DNA of 36,843 nucleotides from a virus (Duplodnaviria; Heunggongvirae; Uroviricota; Caudoviricetes): IMG/VR virus record IMGVR_UViG_2529292736_000005; one strand, 5' to 3'. Shown piece by piece: positions 16,983 to 26,986 of this stretch (position 1 is its first letter; each line of letters starts with the position of its first letter). The notes under the pieces were generated by a model. It saw only the letters and a program-made list of their open reading frames with translations, ran no database searches and was not told where the DNA came from. The position numbers and the translations under genes were made by a program.

Positions 16983-17339
16983 GTGTTGATTGAGTGTTTG
17001 TTATACGGTCTAATGGTTTTTTCAGCATTAAATATTTATCATTCATATGGTGTGGGTAGAGTGAATATTGATGAGGCGTCGGGGTGTTTCATCCTTAGGC
17101 AGCGTATTGATATAGTCAATGCAGAACGAGCAAAGGCCTTCAGCCGTTTGACAGTTTTGTTCTGTACTCCTGATCGTCTTTCGGGAAGAGACGTTATTAT
17201 TCTGAATAGTGATGCTATACAGAGGGTTTGCGATGAGTTCATGGTGGCTAATTCAGAATTATTTGCTCTTGTTCAGGAGTACAACAGAATAGCCAGGACC
17301 TGTGGTATGGATGAACTTCGGATTACTCATCTGGGGTAG
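16983..17339 (+). CDS. hypothetical protein in AT-rich cargo region (start uncertain: GTG 16983 or GTG 17061)
   Basis: ORF track; AT-rich codon composition unlike neighbouring phage genes. Confidence 0.35.
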   Translation: MLIECLLYGLMVFSALNIYHSYGVGRVNIDEASGCFILRQRIDIVNAERAKAFSRLTVLFCTPDRLSGRDVIILNSDAIQRVCDEFMVANSELFALVQEYNRIARTCGMDELRITHLG

Positions 17340-17730
17340 ATACATATCTGGATTATCACCGGTTACGGTAAAAAGTGATTGCTTACTGTTTTTGTGAATG
17401 GCATTGCAGCAGCCGGATAATGTCAGTGCTGGCTGACGGTGTGCTGGTGGCGGGTGTGGTGGTTGCTGCTTTCCCGTTGCTGAAAAAGAAAACGCCAGAC
17501 TGTTAGCCGGGTATCAGTTAGCGGGAGAAATTTTTAAATACTTCACAATTCAGGCGGTTGACTGTTGTCTGGTTTGCGGGGAGTTTGTTAAAAGAAACTG
17601 GCATGGTGAATCCCCCTGTGCGGAGGGGCAATCAGCGAGTAGGTATATGGGATAATCGCGGATTCAGGTGCTGGTACTGAATTCACCGGGAGGCACCCGG
17701 CACCATGCAATGGCACATAGCGCCACTCTC

Positions 17731-17760
17731 CAGCCCCTCTCCGGAGGGGCTGTTTATATT
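17731..17760 (+). terminator. rho-independent terminator
   Basis: CAGCCCCTC-TCCG-GAGGGGCTG 9-bp stem followed by TTTATATT. Confidence 0.5.
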
Positions 17761-17795
17761 GATTTTGTCAGATGTGAGTAAACTCCTTATGGACT

Positions 17796-18122
17796 TTATT
17801 GTTTTAGCCCATAAGGACATATTTGCAGAGTGCAACGGTTATTAAAGCATTCATTCAATACGTTATCTGTATTTGTAGGGCATTCCTGGCTGTTTTTGAT
17901 TAAATTCCAGAATGTTTTATTGAATGGTACTACGTTGTAAATGGTTACAGGTAGCACTTTGTTATTGAGCATGATGCCTGTGTGAGTCAGTGTAAATATA
18001 CTTTCAGGAGGTAAGAAAGCATCCGATTGATACCAGATTATTAATTTTATTTTACTCCATATGACTGAAAAAGATATTCCGCATGATGGCTGGATAACTG
18101 TATCAATCACAATCCACTTCAT
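17796..18122 (-). CDS. hypothetical protein in AT-rich cargo region (108 aa)
   Basis: ORF track only. Confidence 0.3.
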   Translation of the reverse strand: MKWIVIDTVIQPSCGISFSVIWSKIKLIIWYQSDAFLPPESIFTLTHTGIMLNNKVLPVTIYNVVPFNKTFWNLIKNSQECPTNTDNVLNECFNNRCTLQICPYGLKQ

Positions 18123-18382
18123 TTAGTTTCCTTGTTTATGCCTTGCTGGTGATGTTCTGAAAAGTATAAATGATATTTTTGATTGTAAACCATAGAGCAG
18201 AATTATTTTTCTGATGTTGTTTATTGTTTATTTAAATGCAGGGTGGTTTATATCTCGTCTTGTAGTTTATCCATGCATATCTGCTTGATGATGAGGTTTT
18301 TAATTAAGGTATGGTTTTGTGTTTTTTCTGTATTACATGTCAGGTATTTTAAAGAATCATTTTTCAGATGGTGGAAAGAACC

Positions 18383-20236
18383 ATGGCATTTAAACACTAT
18401 GATGTTGTCAGGGCGGCGTCGCCGTCAGATCTTGCGGAAAAGCTGACACATAAACTGAAAGAGGGCTGGCAGCCGTTTGGTAGTCCGGTGGCCATAACCC
18501 CTTATACCCTGATGCAGGCGATTGCAGCAGAAGGTGATGTGGTCGTCAGTGGTGCAACTGAGCCGGAGTGGTACTACGTCATCGTACTGGCCGGGCAGTC
18601 CAATGCCATGGCTTACGGTGAAGGGCTTCCGCTTCCGGATTCATACGATGCGCCCCATCCGCGCATTAAGCAACTGGCCCGTCGTAACACAGTGACTCCC
18701 GGTGGTGAAGTATGCGTATTTAACGACATCATTCCTGCTGACCATTGTCTGCATGATGTTCAGGATATGAGTACGATTAACCATCCCCGGGCTGACCTGA
18801 GCAAAGGGCAGTACGGCTGTGTCGGACAGGGCTTACATATTGCCAAAAAACTGCTTCCGTATATCCCTAATAACGCGGGGATCCTGCTGGTACCATGCTG
18901 TCGTGGTGGTTCGGCATTCACCCAGGGCACGGAGGGGACATTCAGCGAGTCCACGGGGGCCAGTCAGGATTCGGCTCGCTGGGGAGTGGGTAAGCCGTTA
19001 TATCAGGATCTGCTTTTCCGCACGAAGGCAGCATTGCAGAAAAACCCGAAAAACGTTTTGCTGGCGATATGCTGGATGCAGGGGGAATTCGATATGACGA
19101 ATGCCAGTTACGCCCAGCAGCCAGCAGCATTTCTTGCAATGGTACAGCAGTTCCGTGCTGACCTTGCCGGGCTGGCGGCGCAGTGTCACGGTGGAAGTCC
19201 GGCATCAGTCCCCTGGATTTGTGGCGACACGACATACGCGTGGAAACAAGAACACGGTACGCAATATGAAGTGGTATATGGTGCATATAAAGGTAAAGAA
19301 TCCCAGCAGATTTATTTTGTTCCCTTTATGACCGATGGTAGCGGAGTTAATACACCGACAAACAACCCGTCAGAAGATCCTGATATTGTCGGGTCTGGTT
19401 ATTACGGTTCGGCATCCCGAACGAACAAAAACTGGGTATCATCAAATCGCCCGACGCATTTCAGCTCATGGGCGCGTCGTGGCATTATTCCCGATCGTAT
19501 GGCAACCGCTATTCTGAACGCAGCCGGGCGCACCTCAGCTTTCATCAGTGGTAAGGCACCGGAAATCAAACCCTCGCCCGGCGGCAACACGCCATCGGGG
19601 CCGTCTGAAGATGCATCCGTACGCACAATCTCCCTGTTGCCGACAGCCGGAGAGGCTGCTGCGCAGGGCTGGACCATTAAGGACGGCGGAATTCAGTTGT
19701 CGGGTGGTGTATTTAAGATCGCCAAGCAGAGCAATAAAACCTGGTCCCTGATGCATCCGGTGGATGACGCAGTCTCCCTGCTGACACGGGGTGGCAGACT
19801 GAGCTGTAAGTTTCGACTGTCAGGCGCACTGACCAACAACCAGTTCGGCCTGGGAATTTATCTGTATACCGATGTAGCGTTACCTGACGTCGTGGCGATG
19901 ACCGGGACTGGTAACCCGTTCCTGATGTCGTTCTTCACCCAGACCACAGACGGCAAACTGAATCTGATGCATCACAAGAAAGCAGGAAACACAAAGTTGG
20001 GCGAGTTCGGGAATTACAGTAATGACTGGCAGACGCTGGAACTGGTGTTCACCGCCGGCAGTGCCACGGTTACTCCGAAACTGAATGGAGTGGCTGGCCC
20101 GGCATTCCAGGTCATAAAAGACAGTCTGACACTGGGGCTGAATGCGCTGACGCTGACGGATATTACCAAAAATGCAGCGTATGGCGTTGAGATAGAAAGT
20201 CTGGTGCTGGAGATAAATGCACCGGCATCATCATAA
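18383..20236 (+). CDS. nanS-p: prophage sialate O-acetylesterase NanS-p (DUF1737 N-terminus plus SGNH/SASA esterase)
   Basis: MAFKHYDVV...KLKEGWQPFGSP N-terminus and VLAGQSNAM esterase motif; ATG at 18383 has a GGAAAG RBS. Confidence 0.8.
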   Translation: MAFKHYDVVRAASPSDLAEKLTHKLKEGWQPFGSPVAITPYTLMQAIAAEGDVVVSGATEPEWYYVIVLAGQSNAMAYGEGLPLPDSYDAPHPRIKQLARRNTVTPGGEVCVFNDIIPADHCLHDVQDMSTINHPRADLSKGQYGCVGQGLHIAKKLLPYIPNNAGILLVPCCRGGSAFTQGTEGTFSESTGASQDSARWGVGKPLYQDLLFRTKAALQKNPKNVLLAICWMQGEFDMTNASYAQQPAAFLAMVQQFRADLAGLAAQCHGGSPASVPWICGDTTYAWKQEHGTQYEVVYGAYKGKESQQIYFVPFMTDGSGVNTPTNNPSEDPDIVGSGYYGSASRTNKNWVSSNRPTHFSSWARRGIIPDRMATAILNAAGRTSAFISGKAPEIKPSPGGNTPSGPSEDASVRTISLLPTAGEAAAQGWTIKDGGIQLSGGVFKIAKQSNKTWSLMHPVDDAVSLLTRGGRLSCKFRLSGALTNNQFGLGIYLYTDVALPDVVAMTGTGNPFLMSFFTQTTDGKLNLMHHKKAGNTKLGEFGNYSNDWQTLELVFTAGSATVTPKLNGVAGPAFQVIKDSLTLGLNALTLTDITKNAAYGVEIESLVLEINAPASS

Positions 20237-20386
20237 AAAGTGAGCCAGTCAAATGGAAGGTATCGTTAAACTCACCGGTAGTGTCAGTGGGTCGTCTGAG
20301 ATGCCTGCATGAGTTATCAGAGCCATCAGTACTTAACTGGTGGCTTTTTTTATTGTTGTCAGCTTCCGGATAACGGGAGACGGGGT

Positions 20387-20602
20387 ATGTACCAGATGGA
20401 AAAAATCACAACAGGTGTGTCATACACCACGTCAGCGGTGGGAACGGGCTACTGGTTCCTGCAGTTGCTGGACAGGGTTTCCCCGTCTCAGTGGGCGGCA
20501 ATAGGCGTGCTGGGGAGTCTGCTGTTTGGGCTGCTGACATATCTGACTAACCTGTATTTCAAAATCAGAGAGGACCGTCGTAAGGCTGCACGGGGAGAGT
20601 AA
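20387..20602 (+). CDS. S: holin S (933W type, dual-start MYQM)
   Basis: [28 protein letters not shown]... with TM segments and charged C-terminus. Confidence 0.8.
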   Translation: MYQMEKITTGVSYTTSAVGTGYWFLQLLDRVSPSQWAAIGVLGSLLFGLLTYLTNLYFKIREDRRKAARGE

Positions 20603-20606
20603 TTCA

Positions 20607-20957
20607 ATGACTCAAAACTATGAACTGATTGTGAAAGGGATCCGCAATTTTGAGAATAAAGTTACGGTAACTTTAGCGTTACGGGACAAAAAACGCTTTG
20701 ACGGTGAAATTTTTGACCTGGACATCTCGCTGGACCGTGTTGAAGGTGCCGCGCTGGAGTTTTATGAGGCAGCAGCCAGAAGGAGCATCAGACAGGTCTT
20801 CCTGGATGTTGCTGCCGGGTTATGTGAAGGGGATGAGCAGTCGCCGGAAAAGCGCCCCGTAATTTTAGAGGCGCAGAATGTGTGGATAACCTACAAAGGA
20901 AAGCTACCAGGAAGAATTACTGGTTCTCTGAAGACTCCTCCGGAATCACAACCTTAA
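20607..20957 (+). CDS. hypothetical protein between holin and endolysin (116 aa)
   Basis: ATG 4 nt after the holin stop, GGGGAGAG RBS. Confidence 0.5.
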   Translation: MTQNYELIVKGIRNFENKVTVTLALRDKKRFDGEIFDLDISLDRVEGAALEFYEAAARRSIRQVFLDVAAGLCEGDEQSPEKRPVILEAQNVWITYKGKLPGRITGSLKTPPESQP

Positions 20958-21020
20958 GTCACTGACCGGAACAGATAAACCTGTCCGTGGGCAGAAACCG
21001 ATAAATCCTGATAAATATCC

Positions 21021-21554
21021 ATGAACGCAAAAATCAGATACGGCCTGTCGGCTGCCGTTCTGGCACTGATTGCCGCTGGTGCGCCTGCGCCTGACATTCT
21101 CGACCAGTTTCTGGATGAAAAGGAAGGTAACCACACCACGGCATACCGTGATGGCGCGGGTATCTGGACCATCTGCCGCGGTGCCATCCTGGTGGATGGC
21201 AAACCTGTCGTTCCGGGCATGAAGTTGTCGAAGGAAAAATGCGACCGGGTTAACGCCATTGAGCGTGATAAGGCGCTGGCATGGGTGGAGAAAAACATCA
21301 AAGTGCCATTGAGCGAACCCCAGAAAGCGGGGATCGCGTCATTCTGTCCGTACAACATTGGTCCCGGTAAGTGTTTCCCGTCGACGTTTTACAGACGAAT
21401 TAATGCTGGCGATCGCAGGGGAGCATGTGAGGCGATTCGCTGGTGGATTAAGGACGGTGGCAGAGACTGCCGTATTCGTTCAAATAACTGCTATGGACAG
21501 GTCTCACGGCGTGACCAGGAGAGCGCGCTGGCGTGCTGGGGTATCGACAGATAA
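21021..21554 (+). CDS. R: SAR endolysin R (lysozyme)
   Basis: N-terminal signal-anchor YGLSAAVLALIAAGAPA and lysozyme core as in 933W/phage 21 R. Confidence 0.85.
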   Translation: MNAKIRYGLSAAVLALIAAGAPAPDILDQFLDEKEGNHTTAYRDGAGIWTICRGAILVDGKPVVPGMKLSKEKCDRVNAIERDKALAWVEKNIKVPLSEPQKAGIASFCPYNIGPGKCFPSTFYRRINAGDRRGACEAIRWWIKDGGRDCRIRSNNCYGQVSRRDQESALACWGIDR

Positions 21555-21711
21555 GCAGAATATTTTGCTGAAAATAAGGCATGGCCACGCGGGCGGATAA
21601 CATGAAATCCTGCGAAGTGGCGAAACGTAAGTGAATAAAAGTAAAAACCCCGTTTGTTGGCACCAAGCGGGGTTTTGTGTTTCCTGACTCCGGAAAAGTC
21701 AAAGGAGAAAG

Positions 21712-21849
21712 TGTGTTTGATTTTAGCAAACTGATTCGGGAGATTCGAGTGGTGGCTGAAAAATTATCCACCTGGAAGTTCATTCTTATCTGGCTGGTGT
21801 TTGTGATTATGGCCTCCGGTTATTTCATCGGTCAGATACGCTGGTGGTG
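21712..21849 (+). CDS. putative small membrane protein (46 aa) upstream of Rz
   Basis: Own translation VFDFSKLIREIRVVAEKLSTWKFILIWLVFVIMASGYFIGQIRWW; GTG after AAAGGAGAAA. Confidence 0.3.
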
Positions 21850-21851
21850 AA

Positions 21852-22319
21852 ATGAACCGCGTACTGTGCGTGGTCATCATTGCCCTGCTGGTGGCCTGTG
21901 GTGCGCTTAGTCTGGGGCTGAATCATTACCGTGATAACGCCATAACCTACAAAGAGCAGCGCGATAAAAAAGTCAGTGAGCTGGAGCAGGCAAATGCAAC
22001 CATTACTGATATGCAGCAGCGCCAGCGTGATGTTGCTGCACTTGATGCCAGATACTCGAGGGAATTAGCCGATGCGAGAGCTGAAAATGAAACTCTGCGC
22101 GCTGACGTTGCCGCTGGTCGTAAGCGCCTGCGGATCAACGCCACCTGCCCCGGTACCGTGCGTGAAGCCCCCACCACCTCCGGCGTGGATAATGCAACCG
22201 GCCCCCGACTGGCAGACACCGCTGAACGGGATTATTTCACTCTCAGAGAGCGGTTGATGCTGATGCAGAAGCAGCTGGAAGTGGCGCAGGAATATATCCG
22301 CACTCAGTGCCTGAAATAA
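21852..22319 (+). CDS. Rz: i-spanin Rz
   Basis: N-terminal TM then coiled coil; close to lambda Rz. Confidence 0.8.
   Translation: MNRVLCVVIIALLVACGALSLGLNHYRDNAITYKEQRDKKVSELEQANATITDMQQRQRDVAALDARYSRELADARAENETLRADVAAGRKRLRINATCPGTVREAPTTSGVDNATGPRLADTAERDYFTLRERLMLMQKQLEVAQEYIRTQCLK
22072..22257 (+). CDS. Rz1: o-spanin Rz1 (lipoprotein embedded in Rz in the +1 frame)
   Basis: Lipobox LVVSAC and proline-rich PPPPPAWIMQP as in lambda Rz1. Confidence 0.65.
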   Translation: MRELKMKLCALTLPLVVSACGSTPPAPVPCVKPPPPPAWIMQPAPDWQTPLNGIISLSESG

Positions 22320-22571
22320 GTTTTGCTGATGCGCGGTATTGTCGCCGTATCCCCGCATTAACAGAGACCGCAGCCCGACCGGGAGACTCCTCTGCGCGAG
22401 TGTGCGGGGATAATCAAAAACGATACACACCGGGGTTTACCGCGTTAACGGAGCGCGGCGTTGTCCCCTCATAGTCGCCTGTCCGGTGCGATGGTGGAAG
22501 AAACCGGACTACATTGAAAATGATAACCATTATCATTTTTGCGGGTCCTTTCCGGCGATCCGGGCCGTTAC

Positions 22572-22583
22572 GGGGCGGCGACC
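22572..22583. other. cosN cohesive-end site
   Basis: GGGTCCTTTCCGGCGATCCGGGCCGTTACG|GGGCGGCGACCT|CGCGGTTTTTCACTATTTATGAAAATTTT matches the lambda cos junction as recalled. Confidence 0.65.
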
Positions 22584-22758
22584 TCGCGGTTTTTCACTAT
22601 TTATGAAAATTTTTCAGGGAAAATCGTGTCGGTACTTCTCGAATATAACTTTTTGTTTTTTTAATATTGCATTCATAAATGTCCGACATGAAAGTGTCCG
22701 AAAATGCCTTTTTCTGGCGTTTTCATGTCGGGCCTTGTATTTGATAATGGGTTGTTCT

Positions 22759-23307
22759 ATGAAGGTTAATAAAAAGAGGCTTGCCGAAATTTTTAACGTG
22801 GACCCGCGGACGATTGAACGCTGGCAGTCTCAGGGGCTCCCTTGCGTCTCCAAAGGCAGTAAGGGCATTGAATCTGTATTTGATACTGCCATGGCAATTC
22901 AGTGGTATGCGCAGAGGGAAACTGATATCGAAAACGAAAAGCTCCGCAAAGAACTGGCCGATTTGCGTGCGGCAGCGGAGTCAGATTTACAACCCGGCAC
23001 CATTGACTATGAACGCTACCGGCTCACAAAAGCGCAGGCAGATGCGCAGGAACTGAAAAATGCCCGTGAAGACGGAGTGGTGCTGGAAACTGAACTGTTT
23101 ACCTTCATTCTGCAACGTGTGGCACAGGAGATTTCGGGGATACTTGTGCGTGTGCCGTTGACATTACAGCGTAAATATCCGGACATTTCACCATCACACC
23201 TTGATGTGGTGAAAACTGAAATCGCGAAAGCCTCCAATGTTGCAGCTAAGGCCGGTGAAAACGTGGGCGGGTGGATCGATGATTTCAGACGCACAGAAGG
23301 CAGCTAA
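22759..23307 (+). CDS. nu1: terminase small subunit Nu1
   Basis: [28 protein letters not shown]... strongly lambda Nu1-like. Confidence 0.85.
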   Translation: MKVNKKRLAEIFNVDPRTIERWQSQGLPCVSKGSKGIESVFDTAMAIQWYAQRETDIENEKLRKELADLRAAAESDLQPGTIDYERYRLTKAQADAQELKNAREDGVVLETELFTFILQRVAQEISGILVRVPLTLQRKYPDISPSHLDVVKTEIAKASNVAAKAGENVGGWIDDFRRTEGS

Positions 23308-25207
23308 TGCAGCCGGTGCGATAGCTACAGGGCTTTTATCTCTCATTATTCCTGTTCCACTGACGACAGTTCAGTGGGCCAATAAACATTATTACCTTCC
23401 TAAAGAGTCGTCTTATACCCCGGGGCGGTGGGAAACACTGCCGTTTCAGGTTGGCATCATGAACTGTATGGGCAACGATTTGATTCGCACTGTTAACCTG
23501 ATTAAATCTGCCCGTGTTGGTTATACAAAGATGTTGCTGGGAGTGGAGGCTTATTTTATTGAGCATAAATCACGCAACAGCCTTCTTTTTCAGCCCACGG
23601 ACTCAGCTGCTGAAGATTTTATGAAATCTCATGTTGAGCCAACGATAAGGGATGTTCCTGCATTGCTGGAGCTGGCTCCATGGTTCGGAAGAAAACACCG
23701 CGATAATACGCTCACCCTGAAGCGTTTTTCCTCCGGTGTGGGTTTCTGGTGTCTGGGGGGAGCGGCAGCAAAAAACTACCGTGAAAAATCCGTGGATGTG
23801 GTTTGTTATGACGAGCTTTCCTCGTTCGAACCGGATGTTGAAAAAGAGGGTTCGCCAACCCTGCTGGGGGATAAACGTATTGAGGGCTCTGTATGGCCAA
23901 AATCCATTCGCGGCTCGACGCCTAAAATCAAAGGCTCCTGCCAGATCGAAAAAGCCGCTAACGAGTCGGCACATTTCATGCGTTTTTATGTGCCCTGTCC
24001 GCACTGTGGGGAGGAGCAGTATCTGAAATTTGGCGATGATGCCTCGCCTTTCGGTCTTAAGTGGGAGAAGAATAAGCCAGAAAGTGTTTTCTACCTTTGT
24101 GAGCATCATGGCTGTGTGATCCATCAGTCTGAGCTTGACCAGAGTAACGGGCGGTGGATCTGTGAAAACACGGGCATGTGGACTCGTGACGGTCTGACAT
24201 TTTTCAGCGCCGCGGATAATGAAATTCCGCCGCCGCGCTCCATCACATTCCATATCTGGACGGCGTACAGTCCGTTCACCACCTGGGTACAGATTGTCTA
24301 TGACTGGCTGGATGCACTGAAAGATCCCAACGGCCTGAAAACCTTTGTGAACACCACGCTGGGCGAGACCTGGGAAGAGGCCGTGGGCGAAAAACTCGAT
24401 CACCAGGTGCTGATGGATAAGGTTGTGCGTTACACGGCTGCGGTGCCTTCCCGGGTGGTTTATCTGACGGCGGGCATTGACTCGCAGCGAAACCGTTTTG
24501 AGATGTATGTCTGGGGATGGGCTCCGGGAGAGGAAGCCTTTCTGGTGGATAAAATCATCATTATGGGGCGTCCCGATGAGGAAGAGACGCTGTTACGTGT
24601 GGATGTGGCGATCAACAAAAAATACCGCCATGCAGACGGAACCGAAATGACCATTTCCCGTGTCTGCTGGGACACCGGGGGGATCGATGGCGAAATTGTC
24701 TATCAGAGGTCAAAAAAACACGGTGTTTTCCGGGTGCTGCCGGTAAAAGGTGCATCTGTTTATGGCAAGCCGGTGATCACCATGCCAAAAACCCGCAATC
24801 AGCGGGGCGTGTATCTGTGCGAAGTGGGGACGGACACCGCAAAAGAAATTCTCTATGCCCGTATGAAAGCCGATCCCACGCCTGCGGATGAAGCCACGTC
24901 GTATGCCATCCGTTTTCCTGATGATCCGGAGATTTTTTCGCAGACAGAGGCGCAGCAACTGGTGGCGGAAGAGCTTGTGGAGAAGTGGGAAAAAGGAAAG
25001 ATGCGTCTGCTGTGGGATAACAAAAAGCGGCGTAACGAAGCGCTGGACTGCCTGGTGTATGCCTACGCGGCATTACGTGTGTCCGTGCAACGCTGGCAGC
25101 TTGATCTGGCTGTACTGGCAAAATCCCGGGAAGAAGAGACGACCCGGCCAACCCTTAAAGAACTGGCAGCGAAGCTGTCCGGAGGAGTGAATGGTTACAG
25201 TCGCTGA
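23279..25207 (+). CDS. A: terminase large subunit gpA
   Basis: [27 protein letters not shown] and downstream blocks match lambda gpA. Confidence 0.85.
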   Translation: MISDAQKAANAAGAIATGLLSLIIPVPLTTVQWANKHYYLPKESSYTPGRWETLPFQVGIMNCMGNDLIRTVNLIKSARVGYTKMLLGVEAYFIEHKSRNSLLFQPTDSAAEDFMKSHVEPTIRDVPALLELAPWFGRKHRDNTLTLKRFSSGVGFWCLGGAAAKNYREKSVDVVCYDELSSFEPDVEKEGSPTLLGDKRIEGSVWPKSIRGSTPKIKGSCQIEKAANESAHFMRFYVPCPHCGEEQYLKFGDDASPFGLKWEKNKPESVFYLCEHHGCVIHQSELDQSNGRWICENTGMWTRDGLTFFSAADNEIPPPRSITFHIWTAYSPFTTWVQIVYDWLDALKDPNGLKTFVNTTLGETWEEAVGEKLDHQVLMDKVVRYTAAVPSRVVYLTAGIDSQRNRFEMYVWGWAPGEEAFLVDKIIIMGRPDEEETLLRVDVAINKKYRHADGTEMTISRVCWDTGGIDGEIVYQRSKKHGVFRVLPVKGASVYGKPVITMPKTRNQRGVYLCEVGTDTAKEILYARMKADPTPADEATSYAIRFPDDPEIFSQTEAQQLVAEELVEKWEKGKMRLLWDNKKRRNEALDCLVYAYAALRVSVQRWQLDLAVLAKSREEETTRPTLKELAAKLSGGVNGYSR

Positions 25208-25397
25208 ACTGCAGGCGCTGCGTCAGGCGCGCCTTGATTTATTAACCGGTAAACGGGTGGTGTCTGTCCAGAAAGATGGTCGCAGAATTGAATATACGGC
25301 AGCTTCTCTGGATGAGCTTAACCGGGCGATCAATGATGCGGAGTCGGTACTGGGGACAACCCGCCGTCGCCGTCGTCCGCTGGGAGTGAGGTTATGA
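25191..25397 (+). CDS. W: head-tail joining protein gpW
   Basis: LLTGKRVVSVQKDGRRIEYTAASL matches lambda W. Confidence 0.8.
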   Translation: MVTVAELQALRQARLDLLTGKRVVSVQKDGRRIEYTAASLDELNRAINDAESVLGTTRRRRRPLGVRL

Positions 25398-26986
25398 AAC
25401 GAACGCCTGTCCTGATTGATGTGAACGGCGTTCCGCTTCGGGAGAGCCTCAGCTACACCGGTGGCGGTGCAGGATTTGGCGGGCAAATGGCAGAGTGGTT
25501 GCCACCCTCGCAGAGTGCCGATGCGGCCCTGCTGCCCGCGTTGCGTCTGGGGAATGCCCGTGCAGATGATCTGGTGCGCAATAACGGAATAGCGGCCAAT
25601 GCGGTGGCCCTGCATAAGGATCACATTGTCGGGCATATGTTTCTGATTAGCTACCGTCCGAACTGGCGCTGGCTGGGGATGCGGGAGACCGCGGCAAAAA
25701 GTTTTGTCGATGAGGTGGAGGCGGCCTGGTCAGAATACGCAGAAGGGATGTTTGGTGAGATCGACGTGGAAGGGAAACGCACGTTTACGGAATTTATCCG
25801 TGAAGGTGTGGGCGTTCATGCGTTTAACGGCGAAATCTTTGTGCAGCCGGTCTGGGATACGGAGAGTACGCAACTGTTTCGTACGCGTTTTAAAGCCGTG
25901 AGTCCGAAACGGGTGGACACGCCAGGACACGGTATCGGGAACCGTTTTCTGCGGGCCGGTGTGGAGGTTGATCGATATGGCCGTGCCGTTGCGTACCATA
26001 TCTGTGAGGATGATTTTCCTCGCTCCGGGAGTGGACGATGGGAACGGATCCCGCGTGAACTACCCACCGGGCGTCCGGCCATGCTGCATATTTTCGAGCC
26101 GGTGGAGGACGGGCAGACCCGTGGAGCCAATCAGTTTTACAGCGTTATGGAACGGCTGAAGATGCTGGATTCCCTGCAGGCAACACAGCTTCAGTCGGCC
26201 ATAGTGAAGGCGATGTATGCAGCGACGATTGAAAGTGACCTTGATACCGAAAAGGCCTTTGAATATATCGCCGGTGCGCCGCAGGGGCAGAAGGATAATC
26301 CGCTTATTAATATTCTGGATAAGTTCTCCACCTGGTATGACACGAATAGCGTGACGCTGGGCGGTGTCAAAATTCCGCACCTTTTCCCCGGTGATGATCT
26401 GAAACTTCAGACCGCGCAGGATTCAGACAATGGATTTTCGGCGCTTGAACAGGCGCTGCTGCGGTATATCGCCGCCGGTCTTGGCGTTTCCTACGAACAG
26501 TTGTCCCGTGATTACTCGAAGGTCAGTTACTCAAGTGCCCGCGCATCCGCCAATGAGTCGTGGCGCTATTTTATGGGGCGGCGAAAATTTATTGCGTCCC
26601 GGCTGGCCACGCAGATGTTTTCCTGCTGGCTGGAAGAGGCACTTCTTCGGGGGATTATTCGTCCGCCACGGGCACGGTTTGATTTTTATCAGGCGCGATC
26701 AGCCTGGTCACGGGCTGAGTGGATTGGAGCCGGAAGAATGGCCATTGACGGGCTCAAGGAGGTTCAGGAATCAGTGATGCGCATTGAGGCCGGACTGAGC
26801 ACGTATGAGAAAGAGCTGGCGCTGATGGGCGAGGATTATCAGGACATTTTCCGCCAGCAGGTCAGGGAATCTGCAGAGCGGGAAAAAGCCGGACTCTCAC
26901 GTCCGGTGTGGATAGCGCAGGCGTATCAGCAGCAGATAGCGGAGAGTCGCAGGCCGGAAGAGGAGACAACACCACGTGAGACGTAA
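25394..26986 (+). CDS. B: portal protein gpB
   Basis: MKRTPVLIDVNGVPLRESLSY... matches lambda B. Confidence 0.9.
   Translation: MKRTPVLIDVNGVPLRESLSYTGGGAGFGGQMAEWLPPSQSADAALLPALRLGNARADDLVRNNGIAANAVALHKDHIVGHMFLISYRPNWRWLGMRETAAKSFVDEVEAAWSEYAEGMFGEIDVEGKRTFTEFIREGVGVHAFNGEIFVQPVWDTESTQLFRTRFKAVSPKRVDTPGHGIGNRFLRAGVEVDRYGRAVAYHICEDDFPRSGSGRWERIPRELPTGRPAMLHIFEPVEDGQTRGANQFYSVMERLKMLDSLQATQLQSAIVKAMYAATIESDLDTEKAFEYIAGAPQGQKDNPLINILDKFSTWYDTNSVTLGGVKIPHLFPGDDLKLQTAQDSDNGFSALEQALLRYIAAGLGVSYEQLSRDYSKVSYSSARASANESWRYFMGRRKFIASRLATQMFSCWLEEALLRGIIRPPRARFDFYQARSAWSRAEWIGAGRMAIDGLKEVQESVMRIEAGLSTYEKELALMGEDYQDIFRQQVRESAEREKAGLSRPVWIAQAYQQQIAESRRPEEETTPRET

Noticed and set aside
16880-18367. Shiga toxin genes at the canonical stx slot between the tRNAs and nanS-p
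   Set aside because: No ORF there has an stxA or stxB-like signal peptide or subunit sequence; the ORFs present are unrelated and AT-rich
22486-22758. N-terminal extension of the nu1 track ORF (273 aa)
   Set aside because: The extension runs through cosN/cosB and has no homology to Nu1; the true start is the MKVNKK methionine at 22759
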